Positions 34,525-44,209 of a DNA stretch of 64,000 nucleotides are shown piece after piece (the stretch's first letter is position 1; each line of letters starts with the position of its first letter). Source of the DNA: Candidatus Woesearchaeota archaeon (GTDB lineage Archaea; Nanobdellota; Nanobdellia; Pacearchaeales; GW2011-AR1); contig CAYUZV010000001.1 of assembly GCA_964448605.1 (NCBI GenBank), positions 8,693 through 72,692 on the forward strand, in the 5' to 3' direction. The notes under the pieces are model-generated. The model did no database searches. It was not told the DNA's origin and worked only from the letters and a program-made list of their open reading frames with translations. The position numbers were made by a program, and so were the translations under genes.

Positions 34525-36003
34525 TTATCGTCCACCCATTCCCAGATGAACTTTTCCAAATGTTGAAGGTGATTCTTTTGAGCCTTTTTCTCCACCTGTT
34601 CTTACTGATGCCATTCCCATTGATTTCTTGAAAATATCATAAACTGTGAATCCAGCATCCATTGAATCAGCTTCAGCATAATTTCTCAAAAATTGTTCAT
34701 AATAATTATCTGGTTTGATTCCTTTTTCTTTTATTATTTTTAATTTTTCTTTTTCTTTATCTTCTTCTGATTTTTTTGGTTTTTTTTCAGAAGTAAATGC
34801 AAAAAGGGCTGAAAATGGATTTGTATCATCTTTGTTTTTTAATTTTTCTTCTTCTTTATCTTCTTCTAAAAATTCCTTTATGTCATCAGATAATTGTGCA
34901 AGAGAGTCGTCTGTCACTCCTTTTACAAGTTTCAGTGAATCTTCTAAATCTGACTCGTTTAATTTATCTTTTAGTAACATTATTTCTTCATGGTTTAAGC
35001 AATATGATTTGAAGGATATGTCTGCTCGTCCTCCAAAAACATAATGTTGTCCTGCTTTTTGAGGTATTCCTCTAAATGTGAATGTTACAAAAAGAACCTG
35101 AAAATATTCTCTTAATGCTTTTTTTTCTTCTAGTTTTAGGAATTTTTCTGGAAGGTCTTCATTGATAACTGCTCCTTGTATGTTGAATTTTTTTGTTCCC
35201 ATTAAAGTTAATTCTAAAAGTATTGTATTGAATGCAGTTACTAATGCTGCATCTTTTTGAAGTCCTTCGTCTTCTGAAAGTTGTTCTGCTGCTCTTAAAT
35301 ATGGCTTTGCCCATTTTGAGTAGAGTTTTAAAGAGTCTACTTCACTTTTTAAGTATCTTTTTTCAATTTCATATCTTTTTCTTAATTCTTGTTCACTTCT
35401 TTTTTTCCATTCAAAAAATTCCTGGAGTCTTGGTTTTAGTATTCTTTTTACTCTATCATTTAAATCCATACCATCTACTGCTTTTACTGATTTTGCTGAT
35501 AAAAATGCATCTCTTAGGGTTACAAAACTTAGTTCTCCTGCTGTGAGTGCATTTATGCTTCCTTGTCCTCTTTGGACATCAACTTTATCCATCCATATTT
35601 GTTTTAATGCTAATAGTCCTGCTTCTGCTTTTTGAGGGTCTTTTGATTTTGCAGTTTCATAATGGCTTAATCTTATTTTGAATTCTTTTAAGTCGTAAAT
35701 AATATTCATTGTTCCTTTTAGAACATTATTTACATTTCCTAAAATTCTTGCTGCTTCTTGTTGCATCTGAGTTGCTTTTCCTCTTAGTTCTGAAAAATGC
35801 CCACTTCCAGGTGATGAAGCAAAATTGTCTGTGATTTTTTCAACTTTTTTAAAACTATTATTCATAAAATCAAGAATCCAGAAATAAACTGGTTCTAATG
35901 TTTCAGATGCTGAATCAAAAGTTAGTTTATGCTCTATTGCAGGATTGCCTTTTTTATATCTTGGACTTATTTTACTAATGATTTTTCCTATTTCCATTTT
36001 CAC
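34525..36003 (-). CDS. Uncharacterised 492-aa predicted alpha-helical/coiled-coil protein with an acidic K/E-rich C-terminal region. Third gene of the operon.
   Basis: Long ORF with protein-like composition. No recognisable catalytic motif. Central heptad-like region (KKRSEQELRKRYEIEKRYLKSEVDSLKLYSKWAKPYL). Confidence 0.45.
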   Translation of the reverse strand: MKMEIGKIISKISPRYKKGNPAIEHKLTFDSASETLEPVYFWILDFMNNSFKKVEKITDNFASSPGSGHFSELRGKATQMQQEAARILGNVNNVLKGTMNIIYDLKEFKIRLSHYETAKSKDPQKAEAGLLALKQIWMDKVDVQRGQGSINALTAGELSFVTLRDAFLSAKSVKAVDGMDLNDRVKRILKPRLQEFFEWKKRSEQELRKRYEIEKRYLKSEVDSLKLYSKWAKPYLRAAEQLSEDEGLQKDAALVTAFNTILLELTLMGTKKFNIQGAVINEDLPEKFLKLEEKKALREYFQVLFVTFTFRGIPQKAGQHYVFGGRADISFKSYCLNHEEIMLLKDKLNESDLEDSLKLVKGVTDDSLAQLSDDIKEFLEEDKEEEKLKNKDDTNPFSALFAFTSEKKPKKSEEDKEKEKLKIIKEKGIKPDNYYEQFLRNYAEADSMDAGFTVYDIFKKSMGMASVRTGGEKGSKESPSTFGKVHLGMGGR

Positions 36004-36047
36004 CTTTTTATGTTATAGATAAGAAGAAGATATTTATAAGGTTTTGT

Positions 36048-36632
36048 TTAGAGGCATCTGAATGTTTGTTTTAATTTTTTTGATGCTCTTCTTATTAATT
36101 CTATGTCTGATTTTCCTGCTTCAAGCATGTATGTTAGTTCTTCTAAACTTTCTGATTGAGGCATAAAAGACATTGAGGGAAGTTCGACTAAATGAATTAG
36201 TTTTCCCAGATTTTTGTAAGTTTCATCTTCTATTAAATAGGCTCTTTCATTTTCAGGCTCTGATATTTCAATTGTTTCTTTTTGCCATTCCTGTTGTTCT
36301 TGGGAAATACCCTCTGTTATTTGCATTGGTGTCCAGAGTGTTTTAGTTGCATGTTCAGGAGTTTTTATTTCACAGTATTTGAAACGACCTGTTTTTAAAT
36401 TGTTAGAAATGCAAAATCCAATATATGATGGACTGAATTGAACATATGGAAAATCATCAAATTTTATAAAAGTAGGTTGTGTATGAACATGAGTTGCATA
36501 TTTTAATTTTACATCATCAGATTTTGGATAAACCATTCCTAATACATCTCCTGTTACAACTTCAACAGGAGTGTGAATTCTTTTTCCTATTTCTAATAGG
36601 AATAAATCTCTGTTGTCTGTTTTTTTGTTCAT
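36048..36632 (-). CDS. Uncharacterised 194-aa protein. Second gene of the operon.
   Basis: 4-nt overlap with the upstream gene. No family recognised. Contains YATHVHTQP but not a canonical JAMM motif. Confidence 0.4.
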   Translation of the reverse strand: MNKKTDNRDLFLLEIGKRIHTPVEVVTGDVLGMVYPKSDDVKLKYATHVHTQPTFIKFDDFPYVQFSPSYIGFCISNNLKTGRFKYCEIKTPEHATKTLWTPMQITEGISQEQQEWQKETIEISEPENERAYLIEDETYKNLGKLIHLVELPSMSFMPQSESLEELTYMLEAGKSDIELIRRASKKLKQTFRCL

Positions 36633-37123
36633 TTCTTTTTCACCAAATCCATCATTGATTTTCTTTCAAATTTTAGGATATTGCCTGTTTCTGAATCAAT
36701 TAAAATATGAAGAATTATTAGTCCTTCTAACATGCAGGTTAGATTCCAGACTTGTTTTTCTTGGTGAGTTTGTAGGACTGCGATTATTTTGTTAATTTTT
36801 GCTGAAATTCCATTGTCAAGTGCTTTTATTCCAACTAATCCTTTTAGGTCCTGGAGTTCGGTTTTTACTTCTGGTTTTATTGGATTCAGAGGTTTTGTTG
36901 AATCAAGAATTTTATCTTCTTTTATAATTACTTCATTATTTTTATTTAAATCAAATGTGAAGATTTTATCTTCTACTTTGTAATCTAAGTTTTTTTTAAT
37001 ATCATTACTTAAAAAATCAATTATAAAAAATCCTGCACATAATTCTGCATTTGGATGTTTTTCTCTGAAGTTTTTGAATGTTTGCGATTCTGTTATTTTT
37101 TGGTATGTTTGTGTGAATGACAT
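36629..37123 (-). CDS. Uncharacterised 164-aa protein. First gene of the operon.
   Basis: First gene of the co-directional cluster. Upstream AT-rich promoter region at 37124-37197. No family recognised. Confidence 0.4.
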   Translation of the reverse strand: MSFTQTYQKITESQTFKNFREKHPNAELCAGFFIIDFLSNDIKKNLDYKVEDKIFTFDLNKNNEVIIKEDKILDSTKPLNPIKPEVKTELQDLKGLVGIKALDNGISAKINKIIAVLQTHQEKQVWNLTCMLEGLIILHILIDSETGNILKFERKSMMDLVKKK

Positions 37124-37197
37124 ATTAGAATAAAAAAATTGTTGTTTATAAGATTAATTATTCTAAAACTTTATAAATTTCCTTTATCTTTCAATCA

Positions 37198-38502
37198 ATG
37201 GTAAAAGAGATAATAAAAGCAAAAAGTTTCGCAGTAGTAGGTGCTTCTGATGATGGGAGGAAGGTTGGACATATTGTTTTTAAAAATTTGTTTGATAAAA
37301 GGGTTAAAGTTTATCCTGTGAATAATAAGGGCGGGGAAGTTTTAGGAGAGAAATGTTTTAAGAATCTTAGAGAGATTAATGAAAAAGTTGATTGTGTGAT
37401 TGTTGCTATTCCTTCTAAATTTGTTTTGGAAGTTTTAAAAGAAGCAGGAGAAAATAAAATAAAAAATATTGTGATTATTAGTGCTGGTTTTTCTGAATCA
37501 GGTGATGGTGAGTTGAGTGAAGAGGTTGAGAAAGTTGCTAAAAAGTATGATTTGAAGATTGTTGGTCCAAATACTCTGGGTTTTATTAATCCTTATACAA
37601 ATGTTAATGCGAGTTTTTTTGATGGAAGGATTGTTAAAGGAGATGTAGCTTTTTTGAGTCAGTCAGGTGCAATTGGAGTTGGTGTTTTGGATAAGGGTGT
37701 TGGGTTATCTGGTTTTGTTTCATTGGGAAATTCTTTGATAAATGATGTTAGTGATTTTATTGAGTATTATGGTAAAGATGAGAATACTAAAAAGATTGCT
37801 GTTTATTTGGAGTCTTTGGGTGTTGGTTGTGGTAAAAGATTTATTGATGTTTGTAAAAAATGTGAGAAACCAATTTATATTTTGAAGGCAGGTAAGAGTT
37901 CTGAAGGGCAGAAGGCAGCGAGTTCTCATACTGCTGCACTTGCTTCTGAAAAAGGAATTTATGAAGGTGTTTTTAAGCAGTGTGGAATCAAGGAAGTTGA
38001 TTCTATTTCAGAGTTGTTTGGTTTTAATTTTGAAAGAGTTGAGGGAGACTTTAAGGTTAAGGGCAATCGGAGTTTGATTATTACAAATGCAGGAGGTTTG
38101 GGTGTTTTGGTTTCTGATTATTGTTCTGAAAATGGAATTGAGATTTCTGATTTGCCTTCTGATATTAAGGTTGAGCTTGGGAAAGTTTTACCTCGTGCAT
38201 GGAGTAAAGGAAATCCTATTGATGTTTTAGGTGATGCACAGGCAGATAGGTTTGAAAAAAGTTTTGAGATTTTGGAAAAAGGTGATTTTTTTGATTTTTA
38301 TATTGTTCTTTTAACTCCTCAATATATGACAGAACCTGAAAAAACTGCTGAAATTTTATTAGATTTGAAAAAGCCAGTTGTTGCTTGTTTTTTAGGTGGT
38401 GAGAAAGTTGTTAGTGCTTTTGGGGTTTTGAAGGGCAAGATTCCTGTTTTTAAGGAGCCGAAGGAGATGTGTGAGTGGGTTGGGAGAAAAATCATTCTCT
38501 AA
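37198..38502 (+). CDS. Acetyl-CoA synthetase (ADP-forming) alpha-type subunit, with CoA-binding and succinyl-CoA-synthetase-like domains.
   Basis: N-terminal CoA-binding domain (KSFAVVGASDDGRKVGHIVFKNL). ISAGFSESG. IVGPNTLGFINP. 434 aa. Confidence 0.65.
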   Translation: MVKEIIKAKSFAVVGASDDGRKVGHIVFKNLFDKRVKVYPVNNKGGEVLGEKCFKNLREINEKVDCVIVAIPSKFVLEVLKEAGENKIKNIVIISAGFSESGDGELSEEVEKVAKKYDLKIVGPNTLGFINPYTNVNASFFDGRIVKGDVAFLSQSGAIGVGVLDKGVGLSGFVSLGNSLINDVSDFIEYYGKDENTKKIAVYLESLGVGCGKRFIDVCKKCEKPIYILKAGKSSEGQKAASSHTAALASEKGIYEGVFKQCGIKEVDSISELFGFNFERVEGDFKVKGNRSLIITNAGGLGVLVSDYCSENGIEISDLPSDIKVELGKVLPRAWSKGNPIDVLGDAQADRFEKSFEILEKGDFFDFYIVLLTPQYMTEPEKTAEILLDLKKPVVACFLGGEKVVSAFGVLKGKIPVFKEPKEMCEWVGRKIIL

Positions 38503-39058
38503 AAAGATATTCTCCACTTTGCTCATAAAAAATTTCTCCTTTAAACTGCTCTCCTTCCTGATATAATGGAGATTGATAGGCTTGATTTAAAACTGATGCT
38601 ACTTCGTCAGCAGTTTGTTTATTTGTTGAGTTAGGATAAGTTGCTTCCATAACATACTTAGTCCCGCTTTCCTTACCGATATCAATTATTTGGACAAGTC
38701 TAGCAAATCTTGAAAAATTTTCATCTAAATCTATTTCATCTTTTATTGCACGAATAACTGAAGAATATTCGCTATTAAATGAGTTCCCTTCAGAAGCAGA
38801 TTTTGCTATACTCATCAAACTTTCATCAGGGTTTTCTGTTAAAGAAAGCTCTAATTCAGAAGGAGTCTTAACAGCAGTTCTAATATTGGGTAATTCTGCC
38901 TCAATTTGTTCATAATTAGCACTACAATCAAAAAATGCATATGCCTTACCTATCTTTGCAGATTTTCTTGCATCATAGTCTTTTTTGCTAGGATGAACTA
39001 CATTGCCTTGTCTATCAACAAAAGACATATCTCTTGGAAATTCTTTTTTATTTGTCAT
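38492..39058 (-). CDS. Hypothetical protein.
   Basis: 188 aa, acidic. Sits between the ACD alpha and beta genes. Confidence 0.3.
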   Translation of the reverse strand: MTNKKEFPRDMSFVDRQGNVVHPSKKDYDARKSAKIGKAYAFFDCSANYEQIEAELPNIRTAVKTPSELELSLTENPDESLMSIAKSASEGNSFNSEYSSVIRAIKDEIDLDENFSRFARLVQIIDIGKESGTKYVMEATYPNSTNKQTADEVASVLNQAYQSPLYQEGEQFKGEIFYEQSGEYLFRE

Positions 39059-39122
39059 ATTTTATATACGCATAACTACTATTTAAACCTTTCCTTTTGT
39101 AACTACTTGATAATTAAAACAT

Positions 39123-39683
39123 TTATCCACTCCTTGCATCAACAATAATCGCCTTGTCTTTTGTAAGAATTACAGGATTTAAATCTAATTCATTAAAATT
39201 TAATTTAGATATTTTGTATGCAAGTTCTGTGAATTTGGTTAGGGGTTGAGTTTTGTTTTTTATTTGATTGTAGTTTTTGAGTTGTTCTATTGCTTGTTTT
39301 ATTTCTTCTTTGTTTATTGGAATCGCTCTGAATTCAACATCTTTTTTTTCTTCAATACTTGAACCTCCAAAACCTATCATTAACATTTTTCCAAAAACTT
39401 TATTTTCTTTTATTCCAATAACCATTTCTGTCCCTTTAATTTCTTTCTGAATTATTATATTTGTTTTTGGAAATTTTTCTTTTAATTTTTTTAGATTTTT
39501 TGTTGCTTCTTTTTGATTGTTTATTTTTATTACCCCTCCTGATTTTAATTTGTGTTTTCCTGAATCTATTTTCATGTAATAAGGAGTTGGAATTTTGCTT
39601 AGGTCTTTTTCTGATTTTATTAATAGAGTTTTAGCTAAAGGTAGATTTTTTAGTTTGTTGAATGTTTGAAGTAGTGTTTCCAT
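39123..39683 (-). CDS. Acetyl-CoA synthetase (ADP-forming) beta-type subunit, ATP-grasp domain.
   Basis: 186 aa. C-terminus LDLNPVILTKDKAIIVDARSG matches the ACD beta ATP-grasp end (EINPL...AVDARI). Confidence 0.55.
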   Translation of the reverse strand: METLLQTFNKLKNLPLAKTLLIKSEKDLSKIPTPYYMKIDSGKHKLKSGGVIKINNQKEATKNLKKLKEKFPKTNIIIQKEIKGTEMVIGIKENKVFGKMLMIGFGGSSIEEKKDVEFRAIPINKEEIKQAIEQLKNYNQIKNKTQPLTKFTELAYKISKLNFNELDLNPVILTKDKAIIVDARSG

Positions 39684-39742
39684 TTTTTATTAAAGTATTT
39701 TTATTATATAAATATTTATAAGTTTAGATATTTTAATATTTA

Positions 39743-40063
39743 ATGGAAGAGAGATATTTTATGCCTTTAATTAGGAGAGAGGGTAATGAGGATTTTGAAT
39801 CTGTTTGGAGTTATTGTGTTAGAGTGGATTTGCCTTGGATGTATGGTGCAAGTTCTGAAGATGCTGTTGAATGTGCAAAAGATATTATTGATGTTCTTTC
39901 TTCTAAGAGCAATGATGATTTTAACATAGGAGATGTGATTGAATATGGTTCAAAAGATGTGACACATTTGGTTAAGGATGGATTTTTTGAAGGTAGGAGA
40001 TTGGTTACATATGGAGAGGTTGATAAAGAAATGATTGAAATGGGTTTTGTTTTAAGGGATTAA
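39743..40063 (+). CDS. Hypothetical protein.
   Basis: 106 aa, acidic. No motif. Confidence 0.25.
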   Translation: MEERYFMPLIRREGNEDFESVWSYCVRVDLPWMYGASSEDAVECAKDIIDVLSSKSNDDFNIGDVIEYGSKDVTHLVKDGFFEGRRLVTYGEVDKEMIEMGFVLRD

Positions 40064-40064
40064 T

Positions 40065-40493
40065 TCACTTCAAAATTTTATTAAAATATCTTAAACATTT
40101 TCTTTGGTTAGTCCAGGTTAAAAGTTTAAGTGCTGTTTTATAATCAACCCATTTATAATTTGAATGTTCTTTTTTGTCTATTTTTATTTTTTCTGTTTTT
40201 ATTTCTGCTGAATAAAGTATGTATGACTGGTGAGTTATGTTTGGTCTGTCTGTTAATTTTTTGTCGTATTTGTATTTTCCTTTTAGTTTGGAATTTTTTA
40301 TGTTGATTGGTTTTTGCCCTGTTTCTTCTTTTACTTCTCTTTTTAATGCTTTAAGTATAGATTCGTTTTTTTCAATTCCTCCTTTTAGTAATTCCCAGCC
40401 CTTCCAATGAAGTTTTCTTTTTAGTAAAAGATATTTTATTTTATTTTTTTCTTTTCTGTATATTATACAAAAAAAACCTTTTCTTGTTTTCAT
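40065..40493 (-). CDS. NUDIX hydrolase.
   Basis: Nudix box GGIEKNESILKALKREVKEETG (Gx5Ex7REUxEExGU). Confidence 0.7.
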   Translation of the reverse strand: MKTRKGFFCIIYRKEKNKIKYLLLKRKLHWKGWELLKGGIEKNESILKALKREVKEETGQKPINIKNSKLKGKYKYDKKLTDRPNITHQSYILYSAEIKTEKIKIDKKEHSNYKWVDYKTALKLLTWTNQRKCLRYFNKILK

Positions 40494-40580
40494 GGTTGAA
40501 AATAGTTGTAGAGGATTATAAAGTTAATTGTTGAAGGGAATTACGCAAAGATTTAATAATCTAAGAGTTTAATATTTAAG

Positions 40581-41126
40581 ATGGGAAAAAGGTTTCGGAG
40601 ATTTATTTTTACATTGCTTTTGTTAGTTGGACTGATTATTTGTCTGTTGAATTACAATTTTTTGTCTAGTTTTGCAGAGAATTATTTGGAGACACAGATT
40701 GAGAATCTTGGTTATCTTGGAGTTATTTTTTCGGTTTTTGTTTTAGAGTTGATTCCTCAACCTTTTTTAAGTGCTTTGATTCCTTTTACAACAGGACTTT
40801 TGTTTAATCTTAATGCATATTATCTTCTTTTTATGGTGATTGTTACTTCAATAGTCGCGAATTATCTTGCTTATTTTCTTGGTTTTAGATATGGAGATTC
40901 AATTGCTAATTTTTTTGTAAGTGAAAAAAATTATGAGAAAACTACAAAGTGGTTTGATAAATATGGAAAAATTTCAATTACGATTTTGGCTTTGACACCT
41001 CTTCCTTATTTTCCGATTATGGGGGGTATTTTTAAAATGACTTTTAAGGAATTTACTACTTATGCGATTGTTCCAAGAATGTTTCATTTCATTATTTTTT
41101 CATCATTAATAATCTGGATATTGTAA
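40581..41126 (+). CDS. DedA / SNARE-associated (TVP38) family membrane protein.
   Basis: 181 aa with multiple TM helices. LELIPQPF...PFTTGLLF pattern typical of DedA. Confidence 0.45.
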   Translation: MGKRFRRFIFTLLLLVGLIICLLNYNFLSSFAENYLETQIENLGYLGVIFSVFVLELIPQPFLSALIPFTTGLLFNLNAYYLLFMVIVTSIVANYLAYFLGFRYGDSIANFFVSEKNYEKTTKWFDKYGKISITILALTPLPYFPIMGGIFKMTFKEFTTYAIVPRMFHFIIFSSLIIWIL

Positions 41127-41187
41127 AAATATAAAAAGGAAGGAAAATATAAAATAAAATGAGATTAACAAAAAGACAAGGATATTT

Positions 41188-41436
41188 TTGATAGTTGTAA
41201 TTTTATTAGTTGGTTTGCTTATTTTTTTGTTGATAAATATGAGTTTGTTTTATAATAAAATTGATGTTTTTAAGGATGCTGAAAAGTGTTGCGAGTCTTT
41301 GGAAGAAGGTGAGGAATGTAGTTTTTATTTAGATGATAAATCAATAGAGGGTTTTTGTGAGAGAGGTAAGAAAGATGTTTTGATTTGTAAACCTCTGGAA
41401 CCTTCTCCCAATCTGGAGAGATTTTTTAGAAAGTAG
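41188..41436 (+). CDS. Small secreted/membrane-anchored Cys-rich protein.
   Basis: N-terminal TM/signal helix, then CCESLEEGEECSFY...CERGKKDVLIC. Confidence 0.25.
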   Translation: MIVVILLVGLLIFLLINMSLFYNKIDVFKDAEKCCESLEEGEECSFYLDDKSIEGFCERGKKDVLICKPLEPSPNLERFFRK

Positions 41437-41648
41437 ATTTTTAGTTTATCTTGTTATGGAGATGGAAAACTTAGAGAAGAATATGTATTTAGGATAGAGA
41501 TTTTGGTGATAGAATGAAGGGGCCAAGTGGTTTTTGAAAGGGTGAGTATCCTTGTAATTTTAAATAATTTTTTTTGTTTTGGAAATGGATTTGAAGTCTA
41601 TTTTTAAGAGGAGTAAGATTTAAATAAGGGTGTTTTTTTTGGAAGTTT

Positions 41649-42227
41649 ATGGCATCTCCAAGTTCTAATGGGAAAAGTAAAGTTGATTTTCTTTTGCATA
41701 GTTCTGGACCTCTTCCTAAGGATTATTTTAGGGAATTGGGCGATTATCTTAGGAGAGATGGTTTTAGATTGAAATTTTTTGATGGGAATTGTGATTCTGC
41801 AATTGAAAAGATTGAAAAATATAAGCCTAAAGCTGTTTATCTTAATGGGATTATTCATCAGGCATGTGAAATTGAATATTGTAATAGAGGAGTTTTTGGT
41901 GTTGAGAAGGCAAGTTGGAATTCAAGAAAACCAAGTAGGAAAAATTATGAATTAATAGATTCAGTATGGCAGAATAAATTAAAGTTTCCTGAAGTTGTAA
42001 AAGATGCTGCAAATACCTTGGATGTTGTTGATTTTTTACTTGAAAGAGATGCATTGGTTTTTTATAGTGATATGTGGAAAGGTAGACATTCTCCAATACC
42101 TCATTTGTCAACTTTAATTGGAAGAAGAAAGAGAGCTTTTTGCATTCCTTATAGAGATATTATGTTTTCTCCAGAAGAACTTTATTATTTTTTTACAGAT
42201 AATTTAGAAGTTTTTGAATCTGGTTAA
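41649..42227 (+). CDS. Hypothetical protein.
   Basis: 192 aa with no motif. Followed by a double stem-loop at 42238-42345. Confidence 0.3.
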   Translation: MASPSSNGKSKVDFLLHSSGPLPKDYFRELGDYLRRDGFRLKFFDGNCDSAIEKIEKYKPKAVYLNGIIHQACEIEYCNRGVFGVEKASWNSRKPSRKNYELIDSVWQNKLKFPEVVKDAANTLDVVDFLLERDALVFYSDMWKGRHSPIPHLSTLIGRRKRAFCIPYRDIMFSPEELYYFFTDNLEVFESG

Positions 42228-42237
42228 ATATTAAACA

Positions 42238-42345
42238 TAGAGAAATCTCTCATTTTTAAGTGAGGGTGAGGAATTTCTCTAGCATCACAAAACCCTAAAC
42301 AAACCCCTGCCTTTTGGTTGGGGTTGAAACTGAAGGTTTTGTGAT
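42238..42345 (+). terminator. Two consecutive strong stem-loops. Candidate terminator or structured RNA.
   Basis: GAGAAAT(42240)...ATTTCTC(42273) inverted repeat. Then ATCACAAAACC(42284-42294)...GGTTTTGTGAT(42335-42345), enclosing AACCCC(42302)/GGGGTT(42320). Confidence 0.35.
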
Positions 42346-42562
42346 ATTTAGATTTTATTTTAGCTTAGAAAAAGTATGGATAAAATGCTCTGATTCCTAA
42401 TGTTAGTGCAATTAATCTAATTATGAATGGTTATTTTTTCTTTTTGTTCTTTTTTTGAGAATTCTTATTCATCTTTTTGCTTGTATTTTTTCAATTGATG
42501 AACTCATTGCAATTAGATATTTCAAAAAGATTTAAAAGTATTTTGTTTTTGTTATAAGTGAG

Positions 42563-43573
42563 GTGAAAATGAAAAAGAGGAAGTTTTATCATCCCAGAGG
42601 GAAATTGCTTTGGGATATTTGGTTTTTGAGAGATAAGAATGGATTTGATATGTTTCATCTTCAGAACAATATGAGTATTGCGAAGAAGGAAAAGAATCGT
42701 ATAAATGGTGTTTCAGTTGGACATGCTTTTTCAAAAAATTTGATTAAATGGAAAGAGTTTCCTAGTGCATTAGAGCCAGGTGAAAAGGGTGAGTGGGATG
42801 ATTTGTCAATTTGGACTGGAAGTGCAATAAAGAAAGGTAAAAAATGTTATATGTTTTATACTGGAAGAGGGAGTCGAAGGAAAGAGGAATGGGTGCAGAG
42901 AATAGGGTTGGCGATTTCAAAAAATAAAAAAGATTGGGAAAAATATTCTGGAAATCCTGTTTTAAAAGCAGATGGAAAATATTATTCAACTTCTAAGATG
43001 AAAAATCGATTAAGGAAAATTCCTGCATTTAGAGACCCTTATGTTTTTAAGGATCCTAAATCTAAAAAGTTTTACATGATATTTTTTGCTCGTAAGAGAG
43101 GTTTTAAATCTGTTTATAATGCTTGTATTGGTATTGCAGAGTCAGAGAATTTGATTAATTGGAAGTTAAAAAAACCAATTTTGTCTCCTGGAAGATATGA
43201 TGAAATGGAATGTCCTCAAATGGTTGTTCATAAAGGTAAATATTATGTTTTCTTTTTGGTTCCTTGGGAAATTTGTTATGAGCCTCGTTGGGGAGAAGAG
43301 AATGGAGCTTTTCCTGGATTGCATTGTTATGTTGCAAATTCTCTTTTTGGAGAATATAAACCTGTTAATGTTAATGGAGTTGTCATAAGTAATGGAAGAT
43401 ATATTTATGGAACAAGATTGCTTAAAAATAAAAGAGATGTTTATACTGCAATTGGATGGTATAATCTTGATAATGAAAGTAATTTTATTGGGAAACTTTC
43501 TCATCCTTATGAAATTGTCATTAAAGGAATGAGTGTTAAAAAGAGAGAGATTGAGTTAACAAAAAGTTTTTAA
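42563..43573 (+). CDS. Five-bladed beta-propeller glycoside hydrolase, GH32/GH43/GH68-like.
   Basis: WDIWFLRDKNG (nucleophile-region-like), FRDPYVFKD (RDP motif), DEMECPQMV (EC motif). 336 aa. Confidence 0.45.
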   Translation: MKMKKRKFYHPRGKLLWDIWFLRDKNGFDMFHLQNNMSIAKKEKNRINGVSVGHAFSKNLIKWKEFPSALEPGEKGEWDDLSIWTGSAIKKGKKCYMFYTGRGSRRKEEWVQRIGLAISKNKKDWEKYSGNPVLKADGKYYSTSKMKNRLRKIPAFRDPYVFKDPKSKKFYMIFFARKRGFKSVYNACIGIAESENLINWKLKKPILSPGRYDEMECPQMVVHKGKYYVFFLVPWEICYEPRWGEENGAFPGLHCYVANSLFGEYKPVNVNGVVISNGRYIYGTRLLKNKRDVYTAIGWYNLDNESNFIGKLSHPYEIVIKGMSVKKREIELTKSF

Positions 43574-43606
43574 ATGAAATTTTATTATATTTAAAAAAGG
43601 TGTAAA

Positions 43607-44209
43607 ATGATTCAGTATATAATAGCTTTTTTAGTGATGTTAAATCCTTTTGCAATGTTTCTTTATCTTCGTCCTGTTATGAAAGAATTGGATGATAAAA
43701 CTTTTTATAAAGTTTTGTGGAAAGCGAGTTTTATTTCTTTTATAATTTTTGCTTTGTTTTTATTTTCTGGAAATTTTCTTTTTGAAAATGTATTTCATAT
43801 TAATTTTGAATCATTTAGAGTTTTTGGGGGGATAATTATTTTTTCATTTTCTTATTTGTTTATTGTTGGTGGTAGAAAAGCATTGGTTCAGTTGAAAGAG
43901 GATTTGGATGATTTAGCTTCAGAGATTGCTCTGCCTTTTATGATTGGGGCTGGAACAATTTCTTTGACACTTTTAATGGCTTATGAAATTAGTATGATGG
44001 CTGCTTTTTTGGGAATTATTTTAATTTTGTCTTTGAATTTTTTGACTATTGGTTTTTTGAAATTTTTCAAGGATCATATAAGGTCTAAAAATTTCCAGAT
44101 TGCTTTTGATAAAAATATGGAATTGTTATTAAGATTGAATGGTTTTTTTCTTGGTGCTATTGGTATTAATATGATTGTTACTGGATTGAATAATTTGGGT
44201 GTTTTTTAG
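43607..44209 (+). CDS. MarC-family (UPF0056) integral membrane protein.
   Basis: 200 aa with about 6 TM helices. N-terminus IIAFLVMLNPFAMFLYL is typical of MarC. Confidence 0.45.
   Translation: MIQYIIAFLVMLNPFAMFLYLRPVMKELDDKTFYKVLWKASFISFIIFALFLFSGNFLFENVFHINFESFRVFGGIIIFSFSYLFIVGGRKALVQLKEDLDDLASEIALPFMIGAGTISLTLLMAYEISMMAAFLGIILILSLNFLTIGFLKFFKDHIRSKNFQIAFDKNMELLLRLNGFFLGAIGINMIVTGLNNLGVF

Noticed and set aside
36048-36632. Possible JAMM/MPN metalloprotease motif (YATHVHTQP...S) in the second operon gene.
   Set aside because: Spacing does not fit HxHx7Sx2D. No upstream Glu in the expected position.
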